Shown in pieces: positions 63,446 through 64,000 of a stretch of DNA of 64,000 nucleotides (the first letter of the stretch is position 1; each line of letters starts with the position of its first letter). Below the pieces are notes generated by a model. The model saw nothing but the letters and a program-made list of their open reading frames with translations. It did no database searches and was not told where the DNA came from. This DNA is from an uncultured Acidobacteriota bacterium (GTDB lineage: Bacteria; Acidobacteriota; Vicinamibacteria; Marinacidobacterales; SMYC01). The translations under genes and the position numbers were made by a program. The stretch is from positions 27,262-91,261 of the forward strand of contig CAMYKY010000003.1 of NCBI GenBank assembly GCA_947259165.1. Reading direction: 5' to 3'.

Positions 63446-63996
63446 CCAATCTTGCTCCGAAGTGACTTTCGAAAATGCTGACGTTGGGTGTTCAGTGGGG
63501 TATCGATGCGCTCCCCGTTGCGAATAACCCCGAGTGTGACGGAATCGCCGGCACGAACGCGCAGTTGAATATAGAGAGCGCAGCTCGTAGCAAGCGGGTC
63601 GGTCTCAACGCCGTCCACCGAGACCACGATGTCTCCCTCCTCGAGGGTGTGGGTGTCGAGAACTTGAGCCCAGCTCCTGACCTTGGTCACTTCGCAAGCG
63701 AAGCCTTGCGTCTCCAGGCCGAGCGCCGATTTGCGCTCTGCCGTTAGCGGCTCGGACTCGAAGTAGGTGACCGGGTCGATCGACCAGCGACGATGCTTCA
63801 GGTCGTGCTCCCACCATAGACGAGGCAGCTCTATCTCGAGCTCGCCACGGACTGGCAGAGCCGACGGGCTGATCCTACGATCGACCGCTAGCGAAAGCTC
63901 GCCCGCGGAGCGGTCGAGCTGATCGTAGACATGCAGAAAATCACCAAACGTCAAAACGGAGACGCCCTCGAGCTGGGTAATCGTATCGCCGGCCAA
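63442..63996 (-). CDS. PDZ-domain protein (5' end beyond the window)
   Basis: The frame is open to the window edge. PDZ-like segments (GDTITQLEGVSV, EEGDIVVSVDGVETD). 4-nt overlap with the downstream DsbD-N-like gene. Confidence 0.55.
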   Translation of the reverse strand: MAGDTITQLEGVSVLTFGDFLHVYDQLDRSAGELSLAVDRRISPSALPVRGELEIELPRLWWEHDLKHRRWSIDPVTYFESEPLTAERKSALGLETQGFACEVTKVRSWAQVLDTHTLEEGDIVVSVDGVETDPLATSCALYIQLRVRAGDSVTLGVIRNGERIDTPLNTQRQHFRKSLRSKIG

Positions 63997-64000
63997 CAGG

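Overview
GC-rich bacterial chromosomal window from a Gram-negative-type organism (Sec/TAT signals, lipoboxes, RND efflux, outer-membrane barrels). The phylum cannot be fixed from the sequence; the gene families resemble Gemmatimonadota, Acidobacteriota or Myxococcota. I support about 60 intact CDS. I saw no rRNA, tRNA, CRISPR array, transposase or integrase.

Layout:
- 1-28.5 kb is mostly metabolic or housekeeping. It holds an acyltransferase, a nucleoside hydrolase, an M20 amidohydrolase, an Asp/Glu racemase and metC. It also holds a tightly coupled marR-unknown-P450-hmgA-fahA-aminotransferase cluster, a PQQ dehydrogenase, a DsbA-like protein, a K+ channel and an S9 peptidase. Two RRM RNA-binding proteins flank a YkgJ protein and sit next to a fatty-acid desaturase, followed by a beta-lactamase-fold hydrolase.
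- 28.5-43.2 kb is a mosaic accessory stretch. It holds a decayed FG-GAP paralog, vapBC, hipBA with palindromic operators, an orphan HicB-like RHH protein and a DUF222-HNH endonuclease. It also holds many gene stumps and three envelope-protein operons (STAS-like, DUF2490 barrels, DUF3604, DUF2092 lipoprotein).
- 43.2-54.4 kb holds an NtrC-type sigma54 two-component system divergent from cusCBA, a NosL-like lipoprotein and the intact FG-GAP paralog. Imperfect direct repeats bracket this block.
- 54.4-64 kb holds a Lon-N domain protein, more stumps, an SBP5 protein, an ABC-F (Uup-like) ATPase, a cupin, and DsbD-N-like and PDZ proteins.

Most interesting signal: a triplicated module of about 180 nt. 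It consists of a palindromic enhancer-like site, an exact-spacing -24/-12 sigma54 promoter and the same first six codons (MTLRIV). It precedes the three envelope operons and leaves only 3-4 nt between the predicted transcription start and the ATG. A fourth sigma54 promoter in front of cusC has the same near-leaderless geometry.

Second theme: an unusually high density of gene stumps and genes with internal deletions.

All promoter, operator and function calls are inferred from sequence only.
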